Part shown: positions 33,951-43,655 of the stretch, one piece after another
Layout: every line of letters begins with the position of its first letter
How positions within the stretch are numbered: position 1 is the stretch's first letter
Source of the DNA: a virus
IMG/VR virus record: IMGVR_UViG_3300045988_044952
Direction: 5' to 3' (one strand)
Length of the DNA stretch: 47,112 nucleotides
Notes under the pieces: generated by a model
The model's database searches: none
Seen by the model: only the letters and a program-made list of their open reading frames with translations
Told to the model about the DNA's origin: nothing
Made by a program: the position numbers and the translations under genes

Positions 33951-35085
33951 CAGAAAATACCCAGACATTGAGTTTGTGGAAACAGACACAGAAACGATAG
34001 AAAGCAATCTGATTGCACTATATGAAAACATGGTGCAGCAGGTGCCGGGGCGTGAGCATTACAAAGTTTACCCGGCGTCACCAGAAAGGCTGTTTATTTC
34101 ATGGGTGGCAAATATCATTGTGCAGCAGCGTGTCATTATCAACGAAACTGCAAAAAAGAACGTGCCACGCTATGCGGACGGTGAATACTTGGACAGTCTG
34201 GCAGAACTGTTCAAGGATTTGGAAAGGCTGCCAGCAAGTCCGGCGTCTGCAATGTTCCGCTTCTACATATCGCAGGCGCAGACACAATCAGTAATTATCC
34301 CGGCGGGCACAAGAATTTCCTTTGACGGCGCAATATTGTTCGAAACGAAAGAAATTCTTGAAATCAAAGCCGGGCAGACATACGGGGACGTTGAGGGCGT
34401 CTGCACAACAGCTGGGACAGTTGGAAACAATCTGGCAGCAGGGCAGGTCAAAGAAATTGTGGACCTATACGACTACTACCAGAAAGCAGAGAATATCACA
34501 GCAACCAGCGGCGGTGCAGAGGAAGAAGACGACGACAGTTATTATGAGCGTATGCGGGAGAGTATGGAGAGTTTCAGCACAGCAGGTCCCGTAAATGGTT
34601 ATATTTACTTCACAAAGTCGGTGTCCCCAGCAGTTGCAGACGTGGCGGTGACAAGCCCGGAACCTTGCGTGGTAGACGTCCGGGTGCTTTTACAGAATGG
34701 AGCGCAGGCAACGGAAGCGGTACTGAAAGAGATTGAAACAGCGTTGAACGCTTCTGACGTCCGACCATTGACAGACACCGTGACCGTATCGGTGCCGGAA
34801 ACAGTGCCGTTTGACATTGATGTGACCTTTTATATTCCACAGCCAGACGCAGCCAGCGCAACGATTATTGAAGCGGCAGCACGGCAGGCGGTAGAAGATT
34901 ACAAGACGTGGCAAACAAGCAAAATGGGGCGGGACATTAACCCGTCATACCTTACGGCACGACTAATGGAAGCAGGCGTGAAACGTGTCGAAGTTCGCAA
35001 GCCTGTTTTCACGGTGGTTGAAGACATAAAGGTTGCAAAGTTGGGAAACACAACGGTTCTGAATGGAGGTATTGAGAATGTCTAA
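33943..35085 (+). CDS. Baseplate J-like protein
   Basis: 380 aa, in the position and with the pattern of the Baseplate_J family (PASPERLFISWVANIIVQQRVIINETAK). Confidence 0.8.
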   Translation: MSDRKYPDIEFVETDTETIESNLIALYENMVQQVPGREHYKVYPASPERLFISWVANIIVQQRVIINETAKKNVPRYADGEYLDSLAELFKDLERLPASPASAMFRFYISQAQTQSVIIPAGTRISFDGAILFETKEILEIKAGQTYGDVEGVCTTAGTVGNNLAAGQVKEIVDLYDYYQKAENITATSGGAEEEDDDSYYERMRESMESFSTAGPVNGYIYFTKSVSPAVADVAVTSPEPCVVDVRVLLQNGAQATEAVLKEIETALNASDVRPLTDTVTVSVPETVPFDIDVTFYIPQPDAASATIIEAAARQAVEDYKTWQTSKMGRDINPSYLTARLMEAGVKRVEVRKPVFTVVEDIKVAKLGNTTVLNGGIENV

Positions 35086-36079
35086 AACAATTTACAATGC
35101 CGACTATTCAGAATGTTTGCCGGAAGCATTAAAGAAAGACCCTAAAATGGTTGCACTGGCAAACGCCACGGCAGCAGCACTTCTGGACACTTCCGGGATA
35201 ATGAACAGCGTTTTGATATATTCCCGGTTTGACGAACTGCCGGAAGAACTGGTGGACATTCTGGCGTATGACCTGCACGTTGACTGGTACGACTATAACT
35301 ACCCACTGGAAGCAAAACGGGACTTAGTGAAAAACAGCGTCAAGGTTCACAAAAAAATGGGGACAAAGTACGCCATTGAAACAGCACTGGGCAGCCTATT
35401 TCCAGAAAGTGAAGTGGAAGAATGGTTCCAGTATGAGGGAGAACCCGGACACTTTCACATTATTTTAGATGTAACAAACCAGAAAATCACGGCAGACTAT
35501 GCAGCTATTATCCGGGCGGTAAAGATGTATAAAAGGCTGTCAGCGCACATGGACGAACTGACATATCAAGGGCAGGTCCACGGGGTAATATACACCCACG
35601 GTGAATATTTCAGATATAAAACACCGCTGACAGGCAGACTGAAAGCCGGAACGCACCCGCAGAGGAACACAAGGGGCAGTATCGGTGCCGGAACATTCGT
35701 TGTGGGGACAGAAGCAGCCGGGTTCATATTCAACGCCCCAGCAGCAGGTACAAAACCGTACAGAAACACGATATTTGCCAATCAGACAACGCATATTGAC
35801 GCAGAAACGGCGTTAAATGCGTTTGGGTATACAAATACACCAGCCGGACGCATAAGAGCCGGAGAAAGCCCGCAGAGGAACACCAGAGGGCAGACGGACG
35901 GGGCAGCGGTCACAATGGGCGACACAGCGGAAGCATACCACTTCACAACCCCAGCAGCCGGGACCGTCCCGGAAAGAAGCACGGTGCAGGGGACAGAGGG
36001 CGGCACCGTGGGCAGCAGTACGCAGGCAATGGGGTATTCATACGGCGTCAAGCCGTGCGGAAGCACCCGGAAGCTATAA
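35078..36079 (+). CDS. Tail protein I-like (baseplate/fibre attachment)
   Basis: Start moved to ATG 35078 (MSKTIY). LPEELVDILAYDLHVDWYD...AKRDLVKNSVKVHKKMGTKYAIE is gpI/DUF2313-like. Confidence 0.7.
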   Translation: MSKTIYNADYSECLPEALKKDPKMVALANATAAALLDTSGIMNSVLIYSRFDELPEELVDILAYDLHVDWYDYNYPLEAKRDLVKNSVKVHKKMGTKYAIETALGSLFPESEVEEWFQYEGEPGHFHIILDVTNQKITADYAAIIRAVKMYKRLSAHMDELTYQGQVHGVIYTHGEYFRYKTPLTGRLKAGTHPQRNTRGSIGAGTFVVGTEAAGFIFNAPAAGTKPYRNTIFANQTTHIDAETALNAFGYTNTPAGRIRAGESPQRNTRGQTDGAAVTMGDTAEAYHFTTPAAGTVPERSTVQGTEGGTVGSSTQAMGYSYGVKPCGSTRKL

Positions 36080-36094
36080 AAGGAGGTGAAGACC

Positions 36095-36406
36095 ATGTTG
36101 ACAACGGACGCAATCAATGATTTTAAAGATTTCATTGACAATATCATTGCCTATGCGAAAGTAACGGTCAACGGCGTTTCCGAAAAAAAGGTGATACACC
36201 GCAGGGAACGTCTGAAAGACGGCAGGGTGGCTGTATATGTGCAGATTACCCCGCAGGTAAGCGGAACCGCTACGGTGCAGCGGGTGCAGCTTTACAACAA
36301 GAATAATAAGTTGTGGGCAGATAAAGCGGTAAACATTCCCTTGAACAACGTACAAGAGGGCGTGTTATACCGCTTTACATTTGACTTTGTAGAAAAGGAG
36401 GTGTAA
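36095..36406 (+). CDS. Hypothetical tail-fibre-module protein
   Basis: ATG 36095 lies 8 nt after AGGAGG (the ORF track starts at GTG 36086). Confidence 0.45.
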   Translation: MLTTDAINDFKDFIDNIIAYAKVTVNGVSEKKVIHRRERLKDGRVAVYVQITPQVSGTATVQRVQLYNKNNKLWADKAVNIPLNNVQEGVLYRFTFDFVEKEV

Positions 36407-36409
36407 CAG

Positions 36410-36904
36410 ATGTACGAACCTAAATTGTGGCAGGACCATGTAACAGAATTTGAAGACAGATACACCGAAAGCAGAAATGACGACGGGACAATAACGCATA
36501 CACCCGTTGAGGGTGAAATTATTCAGCAGGGAACGCCGCAGAACGCAACCAACTTCAATCACATGGAGGAGGGAATTTCAAATGCGACGGAAACAGCGGC
36601 GCTTCTGGCACTGGCAACAATCCACCAGCAGCAGGCAACAGCTGACTTGCAGGGCGAAACAAAAACGGTGACACTGAAAAATACGCAGCAGTACCCGTTC
36701 AACAATTCCAAACAGGCAGTTGCGCTGAAGACTGAAAGGAACCACATGGACTACACCGTGGAAACGGAAGTTGTGGAGTACACGGGCGGTTTTCCGGGTG
36801 ACATTGTTATTACTGAAAAACTGTTAAATGGTTTCAAAATCGCACACACTGGCAGCGCAACCAGCGTGACGGTGAAAATCTATGTGAAAGGCGGGTTTTA
36901 CTAA
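36410..36904 (+). CDS. Putative tail fibre protein
   Basis: 164 aa. QQGTPQNATNFNHMEEGI is a motif common in the N-terminal parts of Firmicutes phage fibres. Confidence 0.5.
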   Translation: MYEPKLWQDHVTEFEDRYTESRNDDGTITHTPVEGEIIQQGTPQNATNFNHMEEGISNATETAALLALATIHQQQATADLQGETKTVTLKNTQQYPFNNSKQAVALKTERNHMDYTVETEVVEYTGGFPGDIVITEKLLNGFKIAHTGSATSVTVKIYVKGGFY

Positions 36905-37083
36905 TGGCAGGCGTAATTATTAAGACAGAGGAACGCAGACAGCATGAAGAAGCTGTCTTGCGTTCTTTTGGCGTGCAGGGCAGAGGAACAGCAGCCCAGA
37001 GGGAAGCTGCGGAAGTTATCGCAGCCAGAAGCAATGAGGTAGTAAAGAACCAGAATGGAGGTAGAAAATATTATGGCTACTAA
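36904..37083 (+). CDS. Possible small protein, 59 aa (below the ORF-track cutoff)
   Basis: ATG 36904 overlaps the upstream TAA. Translation: MAGVIIKTEERRQHEEAVLRSFGVQGRGTAAQREAAEVIAARSNEVVKNQNGGRKYYGY. Overlaps the next gene by 11 nt. Confidence 0.3.
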   Translation: MAGVIIKTEERRQHEEAVLRSFGVQGRGTAAQREAAEVIAARSNEVVKNQNGGRKYYGY

Positions 37084-37426
37084 TAAAATCAACGTAGTTG
37101 AAAAGACGCCAGGAACCCATATTGAATATGCGTTGTCTGGCGGTAAAAAAATCACGTTTGGTGATGATGAATTGACAATCAACCTTGCCACCCGTGAAAG
37201 AGATTATGAAGTGTCACTGGACATTTGCATTGACGAAGAAGACGGCGTGGTGATTGGAACTGGCGGCAAGGCGCAGAAGTACGCTGCGCAAGTCATTGTT
37301 CCTGCCAGACGTTATGACGTTATCGAGGACGGAGAGGACGAAAACGGAGAACCAAAGGAAATCCCGGTGCCTATTCCGTTTGATATGTCGCTTTGCACAC
37401 TGATTTTATGGGGATTGGAGGTATAA
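37073..37426 (+). CDS. Hypothetical tail-fibre-module protein
   Basis: ORF 37055-37426. ATG 37073 follows GGAGG. Acidic, 117 aa. Confidence 0.45.
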   Translation: MATNKINVVEKTPGTHIEYALSGGKKITFGDDELTINLATRERDYEVSLDICIDEEDGVVIGTGGKAQKYAAQVIVPARRYDVIEDGEDENGEPKEIPVPIPFDMSLCTLILWGLEV

Positions 37427-37432
37427 AACATT

Positions 37433-38485
37433 ATGTCTAATTTTGATGATTTAAGCATGGCGGTTGCTTCCTTTGGTGGAAACAACGCTGTAAAGTTTGA
37501 TGATTTGGGTATGCCGTCAATTATGGTGGCTATTCCGAAAATGAAGTATTCCGACATTATCACCGGGGGCACACAGGAAACTTTGCCGTGGTGGATTGTG
37601 GACGGCGTAGAGAAAGAAGCTATCTGGGTTTCAAAGTACATCAATACCGTGGTGAATGACCGTGCGTATTCACTGCCAATGAAAGACCCGAAAGCCTATA
37701 TTGATTTTGACACGGCGCTTGCGGTATGCCGCAGAAAAGGTGAGGGCTGGCACCTCAACCAGAACGGCGTCTTTGCTGCAATCAATCTTTGGTGTATGAA
37801 AAACGGCTTCACGCCCCGTGGTAACACAAACTGGGATAGAAGCTATGAAAAAGCCTATGAAAAGGGTATCAATACATACATTGACGGTTCACATGGCGGC
37901 GGAAGAACTGCAACGGGTTCTGGTCCTGTAACTTGGTATCACGACGGCACCCCGGCGGGCATTGCTGACCTTTGCGGCAACTGCTGGGAGTGGGTTTCTG
38001 GTATGCGCTGCGTAAATGGTGAAATCCAGATTATTCCATACGGCAACAGCATGAAGTCTGATTGCAATATGGGCGCAGCAAGTACGGAGTGGAAAGCAAT
38101 CATGCCAAACGGCACGCTTGTTGAACCGGGAACCGCCGGAACCTTAAAGATTGACAGAACCAGTGCTAGTGACGCTACGCTGCGTATCAATACAGCGGTA
38201 ACAACCCAGACAACCGACAGCAACGACACCAGCACACCTTTTAAAGATGTAAAGGCAGTAAGCGGCGTAAGTATTCCGCAGATTTTAATTGCAGCCGGAT
38301 TGTTCCCAGACAGTGCCCAGACAACGCCGGGCAGATTTTGGGCGAGAAATAACGGCGAAAGGCTGCCTATCCGGGGTTCGAGTTTCTACCACACTTCCGG
38401 TGGTGGTGCTGGTGCGCTGGGCTTGTACTACCCTCGTTCTTTCGTCGGCGGCAATGTGTCGTTCCGTTCCGCTTTATATGAGTAA
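37433..38485 (+). CDS. DGR variable protein 1 (C-type-lectin/FGE-sulfatase-like fold), probable receptor-binding tail protein
   Basis: 350 aa, last gene of the tail-fibre module. Motifs RKGEGWHL, GNTNW and LCGNCWEWV. The C-terminal 37 codons (38364-38474) are VR1. Confidence 0.9.
   Translation: MSNFDDLSMAVASFGGNNAVKFDDLGMPSIMVAIPKMKYSDIITGGTQETLPWWIVDGVEKEAIWVSKYINTVVNDRAYSLPMKDPKAYIDFDTALAVCRRKGEGWHLNQNGVFAAINLWCMKNGFTPRGNTNWDRSYEKAYEKGINTYIDGSHGGGRTATGSGPVTWYHDGTPAGIADLCGNCWEWVSGMRCVNGEIQIIPYGNSMKSDCNMGAASTEWKAIMPNGTLVEPGTAGTLKIDRTSASDATLRINTAVTTQTTDSNDTSTPFKDVKAVSGVSIPQILIAAGLFPDSAQTTPGRFWARNNGERLPIRGSSFYHTSGGGAGALGLYYPRSFVGGNVSFRSALYE
38364..38474 (+). repeat. DGR variable repeat 1 (VR1)
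   Basis: 111 nt align without gaps to TR 39089-39199. All 14 differences lie at TR adenines. Confidence 0.9.
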
Positions 38486-38511
38486 CTGGAAACTGGGAAC
38501 TGATACACTGC

Positions 38512-38540
38512 GGGGCTTGCGGCAGCAAGCCCCCTATTTT
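38512..38540 (+). terminator. GC hairpin (4-nt loop) plus T-tract, 38 nt downstream of VR1
   Basis: GGGGCTTGC-GGCA-GCAAGCCCC (38512-38533) followed by CTATTTT. It could serve both as a terminator and as a DGR target-recognition hairpin. Confidence 0.55.
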
Positions 38541-38647
38541 GAAACTAAATAACAAAGGTGGTTTAAGGAGAAATGCCAGAAAATACAACAGAACAGCTTC
38601 CGCAACTGGACAACGTGCGGGATAACGCAACGCAGGAAGATTTCAAA

Positions 38648-39031
38648 ATGAAAAACAAGGTTTATGAAATGCTGCTGTATGCGTACCCGGCGTTAGAACA
38701 GTTTCCGAAAGCTGACAGAAAACTTGCTGACCATATCCGGGAAGCAATATTGCAGGTGTTTGAATTGGTGATACACCTTGAAAACAAACACTATAAGAAA
38801 ACGACGCTGGGAGAACTTGACGACCAGCTGGACGTTTTGCGGCACCTTGTAAGACTGGCGGCAGACCAGCAGTTGCACCCAGACAAGAAACCATGCCTGC
38901 CCATGCGCAAGTATGAAATATTGTCACGAAAGATAAATGAAATAGGGTGCATGATTGGCGGGTATTATAAATCACTGAACGGCAGCACGGCTGGAAACGG
39001 CGGTGCTGCAAATAAAAGCAATGGTAAATAG
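38648..39031 (+). CDS. avd: Accessory variability determinant (Avd-like four-helix-bundle protein)
   Basis: Start moved to ATG 38648 (127 aa). MKNKVYEMLLYAYPALEQFPKADRKLADHIREAILQVFELVIHLENKHYK matches the Avd / 23S-rRNA-IVS-protein family pattern. Sits between the target and the TR. Confidence 0.8.
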   Translation: MKNKVYEMLLYAYPALEQFPKADRKLADHIREAILQVFELVIHLENKHYKKTTLGELDDQLDVLRHLVRLAADQQLHPDKKPCLPMRKYEILSRKINEIGCMIGGYYKSLNGSTAGNGGAANKSNGK

Positions 39032-39084
39032 CAGGGTAACACCTGCTTTTTATATTATGGGAATAAGCCGTTAATAGAGGACTT

Positions 39085-39199
39085 GCCGTGCCTATCCGGG
39101 GTTCGAGTTTCAACAACACTTCCAATGGTGGTGCTGGTGCGCTGAACTTGAACAACCCTCGTTCTAACGTCAACAACAATGTGTCGTTCCGTTCCGCTT
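39085..39199 (+). repeat. DGR template repeat (TR)
   Basis: 115 nt with 23 adenines, 20 of them in 8 AAC and 2 AAT codons in the VR reading frame. Matches VR1 and VR2 except at adenines, plus one T in VR2. The track ORF 39088-39303 is this repeat, not a gene. Confidence 0.9.
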
Positions 39200-39460
39200 C
39201 ACCCCATTTCTGCCAGCAGTCGTGTTCACAAGTGGGCACGTCCAGTGCGTATGGGTTAAAGGGGTTTATTTCCATTCCAAAGGCTGCCAGCCGGGAGCCG
39301 TAGGAAAAATATTGAATTGCCGTAAAGATAGTTAGTAAGCCGCAGGCTGAAAGTCAGAGCTGGAAACACTGGCACTGAATGTATATATCACGTTTGGGCT
39401 GCGGAAGAACCGCAGTTTGATTTGTACGGCGAAATTTTAACAACAGGAGGGAAAAGGGAA

Positions 39461-40675
39461 TTGCACAAAATCAAAAACATTTTCCCTATAATTTATGACT
39501 TTGAAAATCTCTTCAATGCGTATAAAGCCGGGATAAAGTGCAAGAGGTACAGACCAGATGTGATGGCGTACACGGATAAGCTGGAAGAAAACTTGATTGA
39601 ATTACAGAATGAATTTATCTGGCAGACCTACACCGTGGGGCGCTACAACATATTTTATGTTTACGAACCGAAAAAGCGCATGATTATGTCATTGCAATTC
39701 AAAGACCGGGTGGCACAGCACGCTATATATAGCCAGCTGAACCCGTATTTTGAAAAGCAGTTCATACATGACAGCTACGCTTGCAGAGTAGGCAAGGGAA
39801 CACACAAAGCAGTCAACCGCCTGCATAACTGGTTGAAGCAGACAGACCGGAAGCCGCAGCGTTTCTATTATTTGAAACTGGATATTGCAAAGTATTTTTA
39901 CCGGATAGACCATGAAGTATTGATGGACATTTTGCGGAAAAAGATTGCTGATAAAGATTTGTTGCACGTCTTGTCAGTAATTATAAACTGCGAAGACACA
40001 AACTTTGGTCTGCCGCTGGGCGCAGATATTGGCGACGTGGCGTTTGATGAATTGCTGGGAGAAGTTGGGCTGCCTATTGGCAATCTGACTTCACAAATGT
40101 TTGCAAATTTGTATTTGAATGAACTTGACCAGTTCTGCAAACACAAATTGCACCTGCGTTATTACATACGTTACATGGACGACATTATAATTTTGCACCC
40201 AGATAAAAAGTATCTGGAAAAGATAAAGAACAAAATTGCGGACTTTCTGGAAAAAGAACTGCGGTTGCAGCTTAACAAGAAAACCTGCATAAGACCAACC
40301 AGCATGGGCATTGAGTTTGTAGGGTTCCGCATTTGGTCAACGCACATAAAATTGCGCAAGAAGACGGCAAAGAAGCTGAAACGTAGATTGAAATATATGT
40401 TTGCAGCATATCACGCAGGAGAGATTGACAAAGATACACTGGATAGGTCCGTTGCTTCATACCGGGGCATATTACAGCATTTCAACAGCTACGGTATGCG
40501 CCAGAGCCTAAACGAACTGTACTTGCAGGAAATGGGCAAGCCATATCCAGAGCCGGAGAAGAAGCCAGCAAGTAAATGCGGTATATTCTGCGGATATTAC
40601 GGCAGCGCTGATGATTATATCAAGCAGCCAGAAGAAAAGGAGGTGACGGACAGTGGAAGCAATGCAGACGCTTAA
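39461..40675 (+). CDS. DGR reverse transcriptase
   Basis: Contains LPIGNLTSQMFANLYLNELD (the DGR-type I/LGxxxSQ motif) and YIRYMDDIIIL (YxDD). There is no in-frame ATG near the N-terminus, so the start is TTG 39461 (10 nt after AGGAGG) or TTG 39422. Confidence 0.9.
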   Translation: MHKIKNIFPIIYDFENLFNAYKAGIKCKRYRPDVMAYTDKLEENLIELQNEFIWQTYTVGRYNIFYVYEPKKRMIMSLQFKDRVAQHAIYSQLNPYFEKQFIHDSYACRVGKGTHKAVNRLHNWLKQTDRKPQRFYYLKLDIAKYFYRIDHEVLMDILRKKIADKDLLHVLSVIINCEDTNFGLPLGADIGDVAFDELLGEVGLPIGNLTSQMFANLYLNELDQFCKHKLHLRYYIRYMDDIIILHPDKKYLEKIKNKIADFLEKELRLQLNKKTCIRPTSMGIEFVGFRIWSTHIKLRKKTAKKLKRRLKYMFAAYHAGEIDKDTLDRSVASYRGILQHFNSYGMRQSLNELYLQEMGKPYPEPEKKPASKCGIFCGYYGSADDYIKQPEEKEVTDSGSNADA

Positions 40676-41105
40676 CCCAGCGGACGTCTGGGACATGGTG
40701 CAAAAAGCTATTGTATGGCTTGCGGGGATTGGGATTGTTATTGACTTAACGCCGGGAATTAAAATACAGCCCGTTCGCTGGTTGATTAAACAGCTGGGAA
40801 ATCTTATGAACCACGACTTGAAAGAGCAGCTGAACCAGCTTGAAAATGACTTTATAGAACACAAGGTTGATAGCTGGCGCACGGAGATACTATCATTCCA
40901 GAGCAGTTGCATAAACCATGAACGCCATACAAAAGAAGAGTTTGACCATGTTATTGATACATTGGCGAAGTATGACAAGTATATTAAGGACCACAAGTTG
41001 ACAAACGGACAAGTTGACGTTGCGCATGAGTACATAGTGGATATTTACAAAGAATGTATGCGCACAAACGACTTTGCTTTGACAAAGCCGGAAGAAGAAC
41101 CATAG
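40653..41105 (+). CDS. Conserved hypothetical protein preceding the lysis genes
   Basis: GTG start 8 nt after AGGAGG, overlapping the RT 3' end by 23 nt. One hydrophobic segment (AIVWLAGIGIVIDL). No function recognised. Confidence 0.5.
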   Translation: MEAMQTLNPADVWDMVQKAIVWLAGIGIVIDLTPGIKIQPVRWLIKQLGNLMNHDLKEQLNQLENDFIEHKVDSWRTEILSFQSSCINHERHTKEEFDHVIDTLAKYDKYIKDHKLTNGQVDVAHEYIVDIYKECMRTNDFALTKPEEEP

Positions 41106-41123
41106 GAGGCACAAAACAGAAAC

Positions 41124-41507
41124 ATGAAAAGTTTAATATTTTTTATCATTGGATTTGCACTGGCATTAGCAGTGCTTTTTTTATGGAATTTACAGTATTT
41201 CAGACAGCGCAGGAAGAAGAGAAAAGAAGAGTTGCAGGAACACCCGGAAAGAAAGACCAGCGCAACAAAAATCATTATCTTTTCAATCCTGGCGACTTAC
41301 TACATAGCATTTGCCGTGGGCGTGTGGGTGGTAGTCACAAAGGATTTTTACCAGTTATCAGTCCTTTTGACGTTCGTTGGCGGGGTAACTGCTGCCGCAG
41401 TAGCGTTCTATTGCTGGAAAGCAAAGGCAGAAAACCTGCTGAAAATCAAAGCTGCATACCCGGAGTTGTCCGGCACGCTGTCTGACTTTTCAAGCATGAC
41501 ACAGTAG
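41124..41507 (+). CDS. Putative holin (multi-pass membrane protein)
   Basis: 127 aa with three hydrophobic segments, a charged loop (RQRRKKRKEE) and a position immediately upstream of the endolysin. Confidence 0.5.
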   Translation: MKSLIFFIIGFALALAVLFLWNLQYFRQRRKKRKEELQEHPERKTSATKIIIFSILATYYIAFAVGVWVVVTKDFYQLSVLLTFVGGVTAAAVAFYCWKAKAENLLKIKAAYPELSGTLSDFSSMTQ

Positions 41508-41526
41508 TGCAGGGGAGGTATAAGAC

Positions 41527-42945
41527 ATGGGACTAATAGGAGAAACAACACCAGAAAAGATTTGGAATTTTCTGAAATCAAAAGGGCTGTCCAGTTGTGG
41601 GGCAGCCGGATTGATGGGGAACCTATATGCAGAAAGCGGGCTGAACCCGCAGAACTTGCAGAACAGCTATGAAAAGAAGCTGGGACACACTGACGCAAGC
41701 TACACAGCAGCCGTGGACAACGGCAGCTATGGAAACTTTGCAAGGGACGGCGCAGGCTATGGGCTGGCACAGTGGACATACCACACAAGAAAAGCTGCTT
41801 TGCTGGAATATGCAAAAGCCGCCGGGAAGTCTATTGGCGACCTTGAAACACAGCTGGGGTTCCTTATGAAAGAATTGACAGAGGGCTACAAAGCCACACT
41901 GTCAGTATTAAAGAGCGCACAGACCGTCACTGCTGCTTCAAATGCAGTGCTGACACAGTTTGAGCGCCCGGCAGACCAGAGCGACACGGTGAAGACAAAG
42001 CGTGCAGGATATGGGCAGAAATACTATGACCAGTACGCAGCCGGAGCCGTTAGCAATAAAAAGAATGGAGGTACAAGCAATATGAATGTATCAGAAGTAA
42101 GAAAGAAATTTGCAGCAAGGGCGGCAGCGTATGTGGGAGTGAAAGAGGGTACAGCAGCACACCACGCAATCATTGACGCCTACAACAACCACAAGCCGTT
42201 AGCGCAGGGGTACAAAGTGACATACCGTGACGCATGGTGCGCAACCTTTGGTTCAAAGATTGCCATTGAAGCGGGCTACACAGACATTATCCCTACGGAG
42301 TGCAGCTGTGACCGCCAGATTAAGTTGTGGCAGCAGATGGGGCGCTGGTGCGAGAATGACGCAAAGGTGCCGGAACCGGGCGACTATATCTATTATGACT
42401 GGGACGACAACGGCGCTGGTGACTGCACAGGCAGTTCAGACCATGTGGGCGTTGTAGAAAGCTGCGACGGTAACACTATCACAGTTGTTGAGGGCAACAA
42501 GTCCAATGCCGTTGAAAGAAGAACACTGGAAGTCAACGGGCGTTATATCAGAGGTTATGGCGTGCCGGACTTCTCAAAGAAAGCAACAAGCGAACCTGCA
42601 AAGCCTGCGGCACCTGCACAGCCTGCACAGGGAACAGCCGGAGAACAGGTATACACCGTGCAGAAAGGTGACACACTTTCTGGCATTGCTGCAAAGTATG
42701 GCACCACATACCAGAAGTTAGCAAGCTACAACGGAATTGCAAACCCTAACGTCATTAGTGTTGGGCAGAAAATCAAAATTCCGGGAAGCGGCGTGCGTAC
42801 ATACACCGTGAAGAGCGGTGACAGCCTTTGGGCAATCGCAGCAAAGCAGCTGGGCGACGGTTCCAGATACAATGAAATTAAGACCATGAACGGTCTTACA
42901 AGTAACACCATTTACGCTGGGCAGACATTGAAGCTGCCTGCATAA
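41527..42945 (+). CDS. Endolysin: lysozyme-like domain + CHAP domain + two LysM repeats
   Basis: N-terminal [14 protein letters not shown]...[13 protein letters not shown]; central CHAP-like AWCATFGS...DHVGVVES...VVEGN; C-terminal 2x LysM ([17 protein letters not shown].., [18 protein letters not shown]..). Confidence 0.85.
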   Translation: MGLIGETTPEKIWNFLKSKGLSSCGAAGLMGNLYAESGLNPQNLQNSYEKKLGHTDASYTAAVDNGSYGNFARDGAGYGLAQWTYHTRKAALLEYAKAAGKSIGDLETQLGFLMKELTEGYKATLSVLKSAQTVTAASNAVLTQFERPADQSDTVKTKRAGYGQKYYDQYAAGAVSNKKNGGTSNMNVSEVRKKFAARAAAYVGVKEGTAAHHAIIDAYNNHKPLAQGYKVTYRDAWCATFGSKIAIEAGYTDIIPTECSCDRQIKLWQQMGRWCENDAKVPEPGDYIYYDWDDNGAGDCTGSSDHVGVVESCDGNTITVVEGNKSNAVERRTLEVNGRYIRGYGVPDFSKKATSEPAKPAAPAQPAQGTAGEQVYTVQKGDTLSGIAAKYGTTYQKLASYNGIANPNVISVGQKIKIPGSGVRTYTVKSGDSLWAIAAKQLGDGSRYNEIKTMNGLTSNTIYAGQTLKLPA

Positions 42946-42964
42946 TCAACAGGAGGAAAAGACA

Positions 42965-43552
42965 ATGGATAATGTAATTTATGCAGCCGTATATTTTGCC
43001 GTAACACTGGGGGCGTTCTTAATCGGAAAGTACGTTTGCCCAAACATTCCAAAGACCGTCACAGACAAGCTGGGCGAACTGTCAGAGTGGGCAGCAAAGT
43101 TTGTGGAATGGGCAAAAGAGTTCAAAAAGGATAAGACCGGGGAAGAGAAGATGGCGGCAGTTGTGGAACAGTTGAAGAAGATTGCTGATGAAGCCGGGCT
43201 GAATGTCACAGAAGACCAGCTGAAAGCCATTGCACAGACGGCATACAATGCCATGAAAGCCGGAGAGAAAGAAAGCAACACCGCAGAACCGCTGGAAGCA
43301 CTCACAGCTACACCAGCTGCAACGGTAGTGATTAACACCACGGCACCAGTGACAACAACAGAGAAAGTGGCTATTGCCACAGACAATGTGCCGGAGGGTG
43401 CCACGGAAACCAACGCAGACGGCACAGTGAACCTTTACGACGCAGCCGGGAACATTACCGGGAGCGTGACAAAGGAAGAAGCAGAGAAGATGGCGGCAGA
43501 AGTCACGAAGATTGTTGACGAAGAGGGAAACACGCTGGCAGACCTTAAATAA
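42965..43552 (+). CDS. LL-H-family holin-like protein
   Basis: An N-terminal TM segment (VIYAAVYFAVTLGAFLIGKYV) is followed by a helical region (EKMAAVVEQLKKIADEAGL..) resembling LL-H holins. Confidence 0.5.
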   Translation: MDNVIYAAVYFAVTLGAFLIGKYVCPNIPKTVTDKLGELSEWAAKFVEWAKEFKKDKTGEEKMAAVVEQLKKIADEAGLNVTEDQLKAIAQTAYNAMKAGEKESNTAEPLEALTATPAATVVINTTAPVTTTEKVAIATDNVPEGATETNADGTVNLYDAAGNITGSVTKEEAEKMAAEVTKIVDEEGNTLADLK

Positions 43553-43590
43553 TGCCGCTGACGCTTTGCAGAATAAGCCAGAATGAGAAG

Positions 43591-43632
43591 AAAAGACCGT
43601 AAGTGGATAAATACACCACTTGCGGTCTTTTT
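43591..43632. terminator. Bidirectional terminator between the convergent lysis operon and the minus-strand accessory genes
   Basis: AAAAGACCGTAAGTGG - ATAAATACA - CCACTTGCGGTCTTTT. 13-bp core stem with one G-T pair, flanked by A and T tracts. Confidence 0.65.
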
Positions 43633-43655
43633 ACGTTTACGGGGCAAATACGGTG

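Larger units (their letters stand above)
37433..40675 (+). mobile_element. Diversity-generating retroelement core cassette (target - avd - TR - RT)
   Basis: The canonical DGR gene order is present, and TR/VR differences are restricted to TR adenines. See the component features. Confidence 0.9.

Noticed and set aside
39088-39303. ORF-track ORF of 71 aa (MPIRGSSFNNTSNGGAGALNLNNPRSNVNNNVSFRSA...)
   Set aside because: This is the DGR template repeat read in the VR frame (Asn-rich because of AAC/AAT codons). It has no RBS and sits where the non-coding TR RNA is expected, so it is annotated as a repeat, not a CDS.
39461-40675. Reverse transcriptase as a retron, group II intron or defence-associated (DRT/Abi) RT
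   Set aside because: It has the DGR-type IGNLTSQ motif, an adjacent Avd and a TR with two adenine-mutated VRs. There are no intron RNA domains, maturase/endonuclease domains or msr/msd-like structure.
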